From Basidiobolus meristosporus CBS 931.73 (Eukaryota; Fungi; Basidiobolomycota), in contig MCFE01000091.1 of the NCBI GenBank assembly GCA_002104905.1, positions 1 to 64,000 on the forward strand: a stretch of DNA of 64,000 bases. The letters are read 5' to 3'. The notes under the pieces were generated by a model that was not told where the DNA came from, searched no databases, and saw nothing but the letters and a program-made list of their open reading frames with translations. The position numbers and the translations under genes were made by a program. Of this stretch, positions 25,666-39,653 are shown piece by piece (position 1 is the stretch's first letter; the number at the start of each line of letters is the position of its first letter).

Positions 25666-26728
25666 TTAGTTCACTTTCTTTCCTTCCAGCTTGGCTTGTT
25701 GCTTGCGGTAAGCCTTGTATTTAAGATCAGTCCCAAACAAATGATCCCAGATACGGAACGAAGAGGCGTAACAGTTTACAAAGAATTGATGATGGTAATC
25801 ATGGTGTTCAGCCCCTCCCCAGAAAGGGAGCCAGTGATGAAGCGACCATGGGAAATCAAATCCAGAATGAGCATCCACGGCTTGTAGCAAACGACACCCC
25901 ATCCACATCAAAACGGTGATGACATGCAAGTCCCCAGTCAGTCCAATCCAAATAAGAGGCCCACCAAACGTCCCCATAGCCAAGATCAGGGTTTCCAAAG
26001 GATGTGCATATTCGGCAGCCTACATTGCCAGAAGTTAGGCCCAGCCTAGTACCGAAACGCCTATGGCTCCCGACTTACCAGACCGCACGGCGCTGTGAAC
26101 TCGTGGTGTTGCTTATGTATCATTTTGTAAAGGACTCCGTAGTGTAGAAGACGATGCATCCAGTAGTGATAGAAATCTTCAACGACAAAGAACAAGGCAA
26201 TTTGTATGGACAGCGCCATCCTAGTGCTCTGGTCACTCTCTGCCCGACTGGTGGAAAGTCAAATACTCTTACCATGAGGGGAATGGTACTTCCGTAACCT
26301 TCATTCCAAGCGAGGTGACCGTAGGATGGAACGACATAATCATGGGTAGCTGGATGAAATGATTTTGAATCAATACGCCTTTCAGGCATTTCCAGCGTAT
26401 CTCGTTGCTGACTGGTTTGTTCTATGAGGGATGCTGTTAGAGATTTACTGTTGGTCGGTACTATTTGGAAGAGGTCGGACCTCTTGGAGCTTATATTTCT
26501 GTAAAGAGGGAATATGCTCGGCAATCCAGAACGGGACATACCGTCCGTAGTAGATAACCTGATGCGAAACAAAGGTAATCATGGCCAGCACTAAAGCATG
26601 ATTTCTTCCTTCGAATAGTGAGAGCCAGAGACTTTCGACAGCATTTGGTTGGTAATCAATGCCCACGCTAGACCTTTCAATCAAATCATTGTTAGTAGGT
26701 TGGCTCTGTAAACTTGGAGAACCTACAT
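25666..26728 (-). CDS. ERG25: C-4 methylsterol oxidase (fatty-acid hydroxylase superfamily)
   Basis: His-box motifs ([23 protein letters not shown]), [22 protein letters not shown]. Start inferred as AT|G split by intron 26674-26726. Confidence 0.92.
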
Positions 26729-27039
26729 GTTGAGATACAAAGAGCGATAGATGGCTGATATGGCTGGGACTAGTACAGAAGTGATATACAATAAAGGTGG
26801 AAAAGCAATGTCGACAAAGGGTGGCTGGGGATGCTGGTATTTATAGAGTAGAGATTCAGCAATATACTGCCAAGAAACCTCTATAAATGAGAAGCATACA
26901 TATTCGATTATCAACTGGTAAAAAGTTGCTTTATTAAGAAATGCATAATGAACAGGGCAACGTACATGCATCCCTTTCATGCACTTCTCAGCAGCTTTGT
27001 CCTAGTTTGGCAGGAAGGGTGGGTAACGTTTGTCACTTG

Positions 27040-27061
27040 ATCTGATAAAAACCATCTGATA
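27040..27061 (+). promoter_or_regulatory. Tandem ATCTGATAA sites (iron-responsive GATA factor consensus ATCWGATAA)
   Basis: ATCTGATAA at 27040-27048 and 27053-27061, in the divergent ERG25/HEM12 intergenic region. Confidence 0.55.
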
Positions 27062-27403
27062 ACAGCGACCAAGGTTTGAGTAAAGCTAACCAATATTGCA
27101 CAAACTTTCGTAATTAACTCATACAATTAACCATAGCTACTCTCCAATCAGACTTTGGGAATCGGTGTGATAGCCCCACAATAATCCACATTGCCCTACA
27201 GACCAACTCAGTTGTTTTGGAAATCGAATTATCCTATATATGTACCAAGAGAGCCGGGCTACCATTTCTGGCATCGTTTCTCCGGCGTACGAACCGAGCT
27301 AGATGAGTAATCAGGCCAAGTTGGTAAAATTTATTCTACCAACACAAGAGCGAACTTTGTTGCAACTCTTTCTGCAATTTTCTTTCCAGCCACAGAGACA
27401 ACC

Positions 27404-28574
27404 ATGACCATTCTCACCGACGCTGACTTCCCCCCTCTGAAGAACGACTTGATACTTCGTGCAGCTCGTGGCGAGCCCACCGAGCGTGTGCCCATTTGGG
27501 TGATGCGTCAAGCTGGTCGCTATCTTCCAGGTTGGTGTGATCGTAGGTGTGTTTGTTGAAGCCGCCATCTAAACCCTTTATTTCCCGCTAGAATACATGG
27601 AAGTCTCTAGAAAGCATCCGTTCTTTGAGGTTTGCCGTACTCCCGAGTTGGCTACCAAAGTAACTCTCCAGCCAATTGACCGCTACCCTGGACTTCTCGA
27701 TGCCTCGATTATCTTCTCGGACATCCTCGTTGTCCCCCAAGCTCTGGGTATGGAGGTCCAAATGCTCCCAGGAAAAGGACCACACTTCCCCTCTCCTTTG
27801 AACACCCCTGCCGATCTAGAGCTGTTGGAGAAGGAGGTCGATGTCTACAAGTCTCTCGGCTATGTGTATGACGCCATCACCATGACCAGAAAAGCTCTGG
27901 ACGGTCGGGTACCCCTCTTTGGCTTTTCTGGCGCCCCTTGGACATTGATGGCTTATATGATCGAAGGCGGAGGCAGCAAAACCTATGCCAAGGCCAAAAC
28001 CTGGTTCTACCAATACCCCGAAGCAACACACCAGCTTCTTCAACGTCTTACTGACGTGATCGTGGACTATTTGGTTGGCCAAGTCAAGGCCGGTGCCCAG
28101 ATGCTACAGTTATTCGAGTCCTGGGCTGGGGAGCTGACCCCCGACGACTTCAAGACCTTCTCCCTCCCCTACCTTAGCCAAATCGCCCGTCGGGTCAAAA
28201 CCGAATTGGAGTCCATCGGGGCCAACACCGTGCCCATGTTCGTATTCGCCAAGGGGGCTCATTTCGCGCTGGAGGAGTTGTCCGAGAGCGGTTACGACGT
28301 CGTGTCATTGGATTGGACCATTGACCCGTTGGTGGCCAAGGCCAAGACCCAAGGACGTGTTACCCTTCAAGGAAACCTGGACCCATGCATGCTCTTCGCA
28401 CCCGAAGAGTCCATTCGCCAGGTGACCCGTACCATGCTGGAGAAGTTCGGCACCAAGGGACGCTACATCGCTAACCTCGGCCACGGTATGCTTCCTACAC
28501 ACACCCCGGAGGGTCTCAAGGCTTACCTGCAGGCGGTGAAGGATATCAGTCTGGAGATGAACCAGACCGAGTAA
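27404..28574 (+). CDS. HEM12: Uroporphyrinogen decarboxylase (2 exons)
   Basis: [61 protein letters not shown]. Confidence 0.97.
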
Positions 28575-28893
28575 GAGACCCGAGGCCAGTGTTGCCCATC
28601 CCGCTCACCCCCCCCCCGATTCGACTCATACCAAACTTGATTGCCATCTCATTGTAGATCATGTAATTTTGTAAAACCAACCACACCAATAAATGTGTAA
28701 TAATGACTGTCTGAGTGCATACCTTGCCCCATGTGTGAACATCTGGTGGACATCCCGTTGGTCGAGTGAATTTTCTAGCGGAGAAGCTTGACAGATGCTC
28801 AAGTAGCTCTTCAGAGTGTTTACCTGCTCACGGATCCGTGAGCAGTAAGCAACCCTTTCAGAACCCCCTTGGAGTCTAGTGCAGTATAAAATT

Positions 28894-30081
28894 TGTTGCA
28901 AATTTGGTAATTACACCTGAATATTCACTTACCTGAGTCACTTAGATTATAGTCTACAAACCTTCGAGGATTCTGCGCAAGTTCCATGTTGGGATTTACT
29001 TGAAATATTCCACCAAAATATCAGGTACTCAAGATATGAAAGATCTCAAGGTTTTCCAAGCAGCCCCAAACTTTGCACTTAAATTCTTTTGCCAAGACCA
29101 TGTAAAAGTACAGGCACTACTCTTACATGTTGTAAAAATTCGGAATTCCACCTAAATATTCACCTAATTTAGTCACTTAGATCATTACCTACAAATCTTA
29201 GAGAATACTGACCAATTTCCTTGTTTGCTTTACCAGTACCACGTAAAAGTATAAATACTACTTTCACATTCAATAAATCATTAAGTGAGTGCCACATAAT
29301 CTACTTGTACTCCCAATCACTTCCAATATCTCCAAGACTCTTACAACATTACATTCAATCAATCATTCACCAATAACCACATAAGCTATTTGCTCTCCCC
29401 ATCACCTCCAGTATCTCCAAAACTCCAACAAGAATAACCTTGAAGCGGATCTGGCTCAAGATTTCTACTGTTACAGTCACATCAGTACATGGTTTTGTGA
29501 TGGCATTCCACTCCAGATGAAGTGCCAAGCTTTATAATACCCTAGTTGCTTAAACTAGTAGTTATTGTTGTAAAAATTTGTATTTCCACCTAAATACTCA
29601 CCTAACTAAGTCACTTAGATCATTAGCTAAAAATTTTAGAGAATACTAAACAAATTCCTTGTTGGGATTTACTTAGAATACTTACCCAGTGTTGTAAGAG
29701 TCTTGGAGATATTGGAAGTGCTCAGAAGCACAAGTAGATGATGTGGTTTTTGCTGTAAGGGTCTTCGAGATATTGGAAGTGATTAGGAGAACAAGCATAT
29801 GATGTGGTTTTCACTTAATGATTTATTGAATGTAAAAGTAGCATTTATACTTTTACATGGACTTGGCATAGCAAGCATATAGAATAGGCTTAGGAAGATC
29901 CCAAGAGTATGTGTGTCAAGTTTAGAGCTGTTTGGACAACTTATCTAATTTTCATGTTCTGGGTAAATATTCCAAGTAAATCCCGACAAGGAATTTGGTC
30001 AGTATTCTCTGAGATTTTTAGGTAATGGTCGAAGTGACAAAGTTAGGTGACTATTTAGGTGTAATTATGAAATTTACAGCA
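28894..30081. mobile_element. Cluster of nested and inverted solo-LTR-like copies
   Basis: Copy A 28894-~29430 is interrupted by copy B 29128-29348 (TGTTGTAA...TTACAACA, flanked by TTACA on both sides). Truncated copy C starts at 29566; opposite-orientation copy D spans 29690-30081 and matches 4559-4906. Confidence 0.85.
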
Positions 30082-31488
30082 AGTGAACCCAATTCCAGCT
30101 TATACCAAAACTGAATGAGTCATTTTTTTGCGGCCTTTCTGCTATAATATATATTACCTAAGCTACAACTGCTGGAACAGGAGAATGTCATAGATGGCTA
30201 TAGCAGTTTGTTTTTGGAGAATACCACATTTGAGCTCTCTGCGGACTGTCACTCATAAAGTATACATTAATGACTGCTTCAACGAGCCCCACCTAATGAA
30301 TATTCTAGTGAATATAGTTGAGTTTACAATAAATTTCTCTTGATCAACAGATTGGCCTCAAAGAGTTAAAGAAAAGCTATGTTGTATATACTTCTTGTTA
30401 ACCATCATACCTGATGCCTGTATTAGGCTAACATCTTACTAGTGGTTACATTATATTTTAAGGTAAACTTCTTCTAATTCATTAATTATTAATAATTACT
30501 AGACCACCTTCTAGTCACAATTATGCTTCTGGTATTACCAACATGTTAGAATACATAGCTATCTATTTGTGTTTGGGAAACTTCATGTACAACGATAGGC
30601 AATCAACATGAGTTGCAATAATTACAAGCTACCTATCTCGCAAGTGTACTTGGCATTGTTATCCCCAACAACAGCGAAATTTGAGAGTTGTACCTTCAAC
30701 AGTACAACTATGATTTTACACAAAGTACGAATAACGATTGCATTCAATATACATGCCCCACCTATACAACCTACTGATTGCATTCGACATAAAAGGCATA
30801 GTTCACTGTACTTGACCATTTGACACGTCCACAACACCATCAACCATCCCCAAGATCGCGTTACACAAACAGGATACTATATTAGTTAGGTCTCTGATGT
30901 AAACAAAATCCAATGCGTGGGATTACTATCCCAATCTCCTAGTTTGGAACTGAAATAATTTGGTCACTAGAATTGTACACTAATCTAGAAGCTCCAAGAC
31001 CGTAATGAAATGTTCTGCAACCCATTATCGTAAGCATCTATCTCGATTCCAACTTCGTGATAATCAAGAGATAAGGTTAGAGCGGAGTGGTACTGGTTTA
31101 TGGAACATTGAGGTAAGTGATCATAGTGCAATTTGATAGTGCTACGCTATTGAACCACCCATTGTGAACCCACGAAGCATAGATATGAATGGCCTGTAGT
31201 CGCACGACATAGCAATCGACCATTGTTTCCCGTTTTACGCCAGATGCCACCCCAACCACGCCTTGGCCAAATCTTGTATCTTGCAAGATGGTCATTGATG
31301 GCTTGTCGGATTTACGCCAAACCAATGTTCCATAGGAATTGGCCGAATTGTACGTTGAGCTAGAACGGTTTGACAAGCAAAACCTTTCACTTGTTCACAA
31401 GCCCATAGACAGACAATTATCGCCAAGTTACACGAATGATCACAATCCACCCATTCCCGCAAACACGCTAACCCAATCCTTTATGATT

Positions 31489-31564
31489 AAGAAGCTATGA
31501 ATCAAAGGATATAATATAACATAAGAAGCTAAGAATCAAAGGATACGAAAGCAAGAAGCTAAGA
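31489..31564. repeat. Short direct repeat AAGAAGCTA(T/A)GAATCAAAGGATA x2 plus a partial third copy
   Basis: Copies start at 31489, 31523 and 31553, downstream of the UAP1 stop. Confidence 0.7.
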
Positions 31565-31702
31565 GCACTATTGAGATAGGAAATTTATTGGCTTGGTGCA
31601 AATGAACAGATTAATGGCTATGGATACATGTAATGAATGTTAGTATGGATACATATTCGATGGTGGTCGTGTGGTATAACGGACAACGGTCGAGCGGGGG
31701 AA

Positions 31703-33190
31703 TTAGTGGGCATAGTTCGCTACGTCCTCCATGGTTTGGAAGATGGCTGGTGCGGTGATGGTCTTTCCCTGGAACATCTCCAACCCCTCTCCACTGTAGG
31801 ACAACAATGGTGAGATCTCGAACATGACAGTTTCAGGGGATTCCCCGCAAAGATCGACCTTGCCACCAGCATTTTCGACGAATCGAATTTGCTGGGCGAT
31901 GATATCACGGCGACTGGTCTCGGGGCAATCCACTCCGGTCCCAGGGGCGTTCTTGAGGGGAGAGAACTCCTCCTTGCGGTCAACCTCGAACACGGCCATG
32001 CGTTTGGTGAAGGGGAACACATCGAAGACAAACAACTCCAACTTGAGGCCATTGGGCTTGGTAGGAGCCACGGTTTCCCCAAGGGTGAGGTCGAGGTGCT
32101 TGATCTTCTTTCTGGCGATGTGGTACTCGAGGTTCTGTTCGAAGCTCTCGACACTGTTTAGGAAGTCGCGGGTGTAGAAGTGGTTGGCGATGTTGGCGGC
32201 TCCGAAAGCAAGCTTGCCATTGGGACCGGTGCGGTGGGCAATCTCGTCATTGATTTCGCTGTATTCGACCACTCCAAACTTCTTGTTGCGGAGGCACACA
32301 ACCCCTACGGGCTCTTCGGGTGCACTCTTGGGGACGGTCTTGACGCCGCAGTCAGCGTTCTTGGAGATGCAGTATCCGATGAACACTGGGTCAGCAACAT
32401 GCACCAAACAGTTGTCAACACAGTAAGAGTGAATGTACTCGACACCACGTGCTGCCAGGTCGTCCAGAACACCCTCGTTACGGAGGGCAGCATAAATTCC
32501 ACCGTTACCATCAGGGGCAACTGCGACTTGTCCCTTCTTCTCGAGCATAATCTTTCCGTCCATAGTCATGCATGGGAGAGTGCCTTGATTGAAGAAGAAA
32601 ATGTTGTTCTCTTCCAAACCGAAGTAGTTGTGAGATTTGAAGTGCTCCACGGTGGCCTGTCTGGTTGGGCCGGAGGTCATCACGTACCAGGGAATGACAA
32701 CCTTCTTGTTATTGTCGTAGCAGCGCTCTTGGGCGAGCTGCTGTAGGCGAGTGAGACGTTCAGCCTGAAGCTGGAACAAACTCTTCTTAGAGGGAAGGCC
32801 GATATCGTAGCAGCCCTTGGGGAGGGCGGAGCCGAGGCGGGATCCCTGACCACCGGCCATGAGAATCACCGCCACTTTTCCTTCGGCAATCATCTTCAAA
32901 CCCAAATCCTCCCAATCCTGGATCTTTGATGGGCTGCAGTTCAATGCAGACTCAAAGCAGTCTTCGGGTAGGGGCTCGATAGATGCGGTATCCTGGTTAG
33001 TGGCAGCCGAACCGCTGGTGGCTTTTTTGAAAATCCGATTGACTCGGTTGACATCGAGAGCATTAAGTTGGGCAATCAAGCCGCTTTGTTCTAATGGGGA
33101 GAGTTCGTCGAAGAAGGCAAGAACTTGCTCTTGCCCAGCTGCGACGAAGCGCTGACGGAGAACCTCAATATCGGGAGTGGGGATAGGCAT
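31703..33190 (-). CDS. UAP1: UDP-N-acetylglucosamine pyrophosphorylase, intronless
   Basis: LMAGGQGSRLG...PKG, SLFQLQAER, WYVMTSGPT, APDGNGG, HSYCVDN, KLELFVFDVFP, EEFSPLKNA. Confidence 0.97.
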   Translation of the reverse strand: MPIPTPDIEVLRQRFVAAGQEQVLAFFDELSPLEQSGLIAQLNALDVNRVNRIFKKATSGSAATNQDTASIEPLPEDCFESALNCSPSKIQDWEDLGLKMIAEGKVAVILMAGGQGSRLGSALPKGCYDIGLPSKKSLFQLQAERLTRLQQLAQERCYDNNKKVVIPWYVMTSGPTRQATVEHFKSHNYFGLEENNIFFFNQGTLPCMTMDGKIMLEKKGQVAVAPDGNGGIYAALRNEGVLDDLAARGVEYIHSYCVDNCLVHVADPVFIGYCISKNADCGVKTVPKSAPEEPVGVVCLRNKKFGVVEYSEINDEIAHRTGPNGKLAFGAANIANHFYTRDFLNSVESFEQNLEYHIARKKIKHLDLTLGETVAPTKPNGLKLELFVFDVFPFTKRMAVFEVDRKEEFSPLKNAPGTGVDCPETSRRDIIAQQIRFVENAGGKVDLCGESPETVMFEISPLLSYSGEGLEMFQGKTITAPAIFQTMEDVANYAH

Positions 33191-35150
33191 GGTGTGATGA
33201 TGTCAGATGAAAACCGTTGGAATGGCGATGAGAAATTGGATGGGAGGATGGGCCCTATATATACTCGGATGCTGCCTCGGATAATTGGGATCCATTTGGT
33301 TCAACGCTTGGGGCCTGTTGCAGAATACAATATTCCAAGCATGAAACAATGTAGGAAATAATTATTTCCAATCAATTTGAATAAATTGCCCTCCCTAATT
33401 CGGCCGACGCTAACATTTCTAGCCATTCTAGGCTCCATACTATTCATGGTGAATGTTCGGATGATGTACGCCAGACTTCGCGTCCCCTTCGCGTCGTCAG
33501 AATGGCGCACTGAAGCTATTGTCCAAGTTGGGAGTGGCGATGGATAGTAAAACACATGTCGCGAACCTTTTGGACAAACCGATGGCGATTATCACATGTG
33601 CGTAGAGATTGCCCTATTCAGGGGCACGTGCCTCGGAGAAGAGGGATTTTGTCTGCCAGGCTTTGATCCAACAGGGCTGAGTTGGTATTCAACAAACGCA
33701 ATTATCCTTGTGATTGTCTGACATTAAGATATGCTTGGACCCAACAATGTGCTATACTACCAATTTCCCTTCATTTCCACTAGCCCCGTTGATTGGCCGA
33801 CCCAGGAATCTCTTTATCGATGCGGCCTGAAAACACCGATCGGGGTTCCACCAATCATGCGCCTACCTCGCACACAAACCATCGAATAGAATAGCCCACC
33901 AGCGTGTCGCCGCCCAATAAGCGATGGTTCTAAGATAAGCTTAATGACTCATCGAATCAGAGGGGCTATAATAATAACAAAGCTATTAATACCGTGATGC
34001 GGTGGAATTCGATGGGAGTAACGGGCTTCTAGCACACGCCCTGATGCATGATCCAGCAAGATCATTCACAAATGCAACGCTGTAGATCAGGGGCATATGG
34101 TTGGAACTATTACGGTTTACACTGTGCGGATTTTCTGCTCTCGAGCTGTGGGACTGGGTTTCTTAAAGTCTAATGGGGCGTGAAAGTATGACACGACATC
34201 CAGCATCCCATTTAACTAACTTGGCAACGAGCCAAAGTAGCTAGGCGCCACTCCAAAATAGAAATCGCACCCATCTTCGGAGGTTAAATAACCCACCCGA
34301 CATCATGACATCATGAGGAATCGTTCCAAAGCTTAATCTAATCACCACCGTGTCGCTTACGGCATTCACTTACGACTTCTCCTATTAATACCTCATCTCC
34401 CTGCACACGGGTGCGTATTTAGTTAATCTAGATTCGAAAAAGACAAACTGCGCTATTTTTATTAACTTACGCTATCCCAAGTTGGCCATTCCTTTATATA
34501 TTCCTTGGTTTCAGATGCCTGAAAGGTGTCATTGATTTTCCACCGGCGCCAATAAGAGAAATGGTAGATACGCGCAGGCAAGTGTTTGTCGGAGTGTGCT
34601 AGATTACAATGAGGTGGATGTCCGAGCATGTTATATCATGGCGAAGATTATGCAGTTTTACAGTTTTGTGGGTGTCGATTGGTCGGAGGTTTATTTGTTT
34701 TTGTACGTCTTAGGAGTTTGGTATGGGACACGTTGTCCTGGATATATAGCAAAATTGATGTAAATAATTAGTTTGACTGGATTATTCAACCTGTTTCATA
34801 GCTAAGAAGTTGGGTATTCGCGCAGGTTTGCATCAATCTTCTGAACTACCAAAGGTTCCCGATAATTCCGGAACCATCAATAATCCCTGAGTTTTTGCTG
34901 GAGGATTGCTATCAAGGCTAATCGAAAACCAGTGGATTTAATATATTCCAAAAATAATCAGCAGAAGTGACTTTTGTGTTTGAAAATTTGGCATTGGGTC
35001 AGCTAAGCAGTAAAATGTCCCCTTCATTTGAATGATATTGCTGTCAGGTAAAGCATTCATATTTACCAATTTCAAGTGCAAGATGCTATCAATTCAGTTG
35101 GATGCCAAATATGTGCAATATGTTCATATGTTTGTGGATACTGAAACCAG

Positions 35151-35492
35151 TATTGTATATTTTGTATTTACACCTAAATACTTTCATGAACTTGGTTGCT
35201 TGGATCCAAGTGTATGAGCTTTTACTTCCTAACAAAACTTCCGGTCAAGATTCATTTTGAATATTTCCACCAAAATGACAGGTACCCTGAATCAGATATT
35301 TCTCACTTTGTCCAAAAGACCTCAGACTTTGTGCACATGCCCTTGAGACCTTGAATACATTTTATGCTTTTTCTGCCTTCACCTTGTTAAAGTATGAACA
35401 CTACTTTTGAATGTAATAGGTCATTAAGTGAAAACCACACAATCTACTTGTTCTCCCAATCACTTCTAACACTTCAAAAACCCTCAGCAACC
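35151..35492. mobile_element. Old diverged copy of the solo-LTR-like family
   Basis: TTTACACCTAAATAC near the start and CATTAAGTGAAAACCACACAATCTACTTGTTCTCCCAATCACTTC near the end match the other copies; no TSD recovered. Confidence 0.7.
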
Positions 35493-36861
35493 TGTAGGAG
35501 TGGGAATCTACAATTTGGAGTGTATTTTTACTGGTATACCTATGGAGTAAGAGTAGAGTACCCCAGCTATTGATGGACTCGAATTGTTTAGTAATCTCAG
35601 CCACACACAATAAATTCTGAATAAGTTGACAATGCAAAGTTACCATGTATAAGAAGCAAAAGCCTTCAACAAGGGAGCCGTATTTTGCATATAAGATGTT
35701 TTTGCCATTATGAAGGACCATCCACTGGATATCATCTGGTTCATCTCCAATAATTCAGCCAGAAATGTTTAGATCAGAAATCCACATTTGACATTAACGA
35801 TCACCCAGTGGAGATGTCAAGATACCAGTAGAGGCCTCAGGATCTGCACAAGACACATATACCTCACAGCTTTTGATGCGGTTCTAAGCATCCCTACTTC
35901 ATGCATGTTGAGCAATAGCGCCTTCCTCCAAAATACCAAACTATCATCATATTTGCTAGGAACCCCTCTCCCCCAGCCACTGACATGCGAGTGCTCGAGT
36001 ATGCTGGAGATGATCTAAAGGAACGGAAGTGAATGGGGTGTAATGGGAAGGAGGGGTAAAGTTTCTCAGTCCTGGACCTCCCCTCCCCCTCAGCAGTTAA
36101 AATCATCAGTGTATCACACCTTTCTTGTATAGAAGTGAGCCAAATATTTGTGAAGTGGGACCCATTAACTCCGGGATGTTCCGGAATACACCTCATGCAG
36201 GAAACGCACTGACCCGGGCAAAATTACCGACCGGGGACTCTACCCACGGTAACATATCGGAAACGTCATCACCGAACCACACGGTAACATGGTAAACTCG
36301 GTGGCGTCCTGGGTGGATGGGGTCTGGGTATGTACCGAGCGGGTGTTCTTCAAATCCAAGTGATATGTTGGTTGCAAGGGGAAAAAGTCCCACGCTTGAT
36401 GGCTTGATTCAATCAAGTCCGAAAGCCGGACTCATGTCTTAGGTAATAAATGCTGCTTCTTCTTATGAACCTGTGGTCTCGGATGGATGCTGGTTGGTTT
36501 AGGGGCATCTGTAGGGTGATTGGCTATCCTTGATGGCTGTGCTACTATTATTGCACAGATACTGGGTTAGGGTTGCGGAGAGCGCAAGTATGGGTTATTG
36601 GTGGTTACCATGACTGCTTCTTCAATCCGAGCGCTGAGTGGTGGGGTCTCACATGTGAGGTTACTTTGTGCGCAGTGTTGTGACATGATATACGTATTCG
36701 AAAGTAAACATACAGATGCATCATGGTGCGTTGTTGTGCGTGGATGCGTGTAGTAAAGCTGAGGTTGCTTGGGCTGGAATTACTGTGGAAAGATGCTTTT
36801 ATTGTGCGCACATAAATGCTTTATACAGTTGTCATGAGTCAAGTTGCAATAAAGAAGGAAG

Positions 36862-38360
<1,499 letters not shown>

Positions 38361-39653
38361 CTATTGGGCATGAAGGGGTATTTAAAGCTGAGTCATCAGC
38401 GTGATCACCTGGGTTGGTCTGGGGCAATCCTTGAGGTTCTTGATTCTTGGATAACGTATAGATTATTTGAAGTGAGGATGGATTGACTTTCAGAACCACG
38501 ATTTCTGAATGTAAAACAGTTACACATGACTTGAGCGGTTGTGAAAATGGGGCGGACAACAGACACCAAGTGAGGTAGTTCTCACCTAACTTGTGGGTGA
38601 TTTTCAATTCGAAGGTGCAAGCTTCGGTCAATCGGTTTTACTGGTCACCATAATTGGAAGAATCCCGGTGCGTATCATTGCTGTCAAATCAGCCTCAATG
38701 ACGCAAGCCGCTCCGTTGGGTTAATAAGAATAACTGCACTCCATGGATTGCCTTCGGTTTGTCCAGAGATAACGCTCATCAGCCTCATCTCATCTCTACA
38801 TAAGCCACAACGATGGGGTTGTCGAGGTGCAATCAAAATGTATTCTGTATTTCCTCTTAGTTGCCACTGGATAAAATGCGTGGGTGTGAATTCAAACCGG
38901 GGGACACAACAATTGTGTCGGATCTCCGAAACACGGTTAAACTTGGGGTGGGTCAACCTCGGGTAAATCACTCAGGAGCTTACCTCCCGATTTTTACCAT
39001 CCGAGAAGTTACCGGTTTATGATGGTGTTTAATTTCCCAAGATTAAGCAAGATTTCGATCGCGATGAGCGGTAGGGTTGGGGTTAGGCCTTGGCGCATTC
39101 ATGCCAGTTCACTTTCACATGTAAAGGTTAACTTATCCTTGGATTGCCAGCGTTGCTATTGTCATTGGTAGCCTATTATCGATATTCTCTCTCTTATAGG
39201 CCGATAGTTGGAATTACTTAATTCTCTTGATTGGTACTCCAAAGATTTGACATTTTTATCGAAATCCCAGTCGTTTGCATGCCAGGAAGATTCTATAAGG
39301 CATCCTAGCATGTGAAAACGAAGGCTTGGTGAACAGGTTGTATTACCCAACATGCAAGTGATTTGGACTGCCTTTAGTGTTTAATCCCAAAATCTTCATT
39401 GTACCTGATTCGAGTGATATTGATGATGATATCGATGCGCTGAGGATTATATTTAGTATGTTATTCTCGTGCTTACAGTTTAGCCACGAGACGTTAAGCT
39501 CTACCAATAGTGTGGTATTGATCTACTTACGAGGCATCGCATAAAAAGTCGATCATCAAGGCTCGAGACGAAAACTTCTCACAAACAGCCTTAACCCTAA
39601 CCCCTCTAACATTACCAACAATTAACTGCCGACTATCGTAAAGAATATCCGCC

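Noticed and set aside
35600-36420. Stop-interrupted reading frame and a small AGTCCG-AAAGC-CGGACT hairpin
   Set aside because: No recognisable protein or ribozyme core; cannot be supported.
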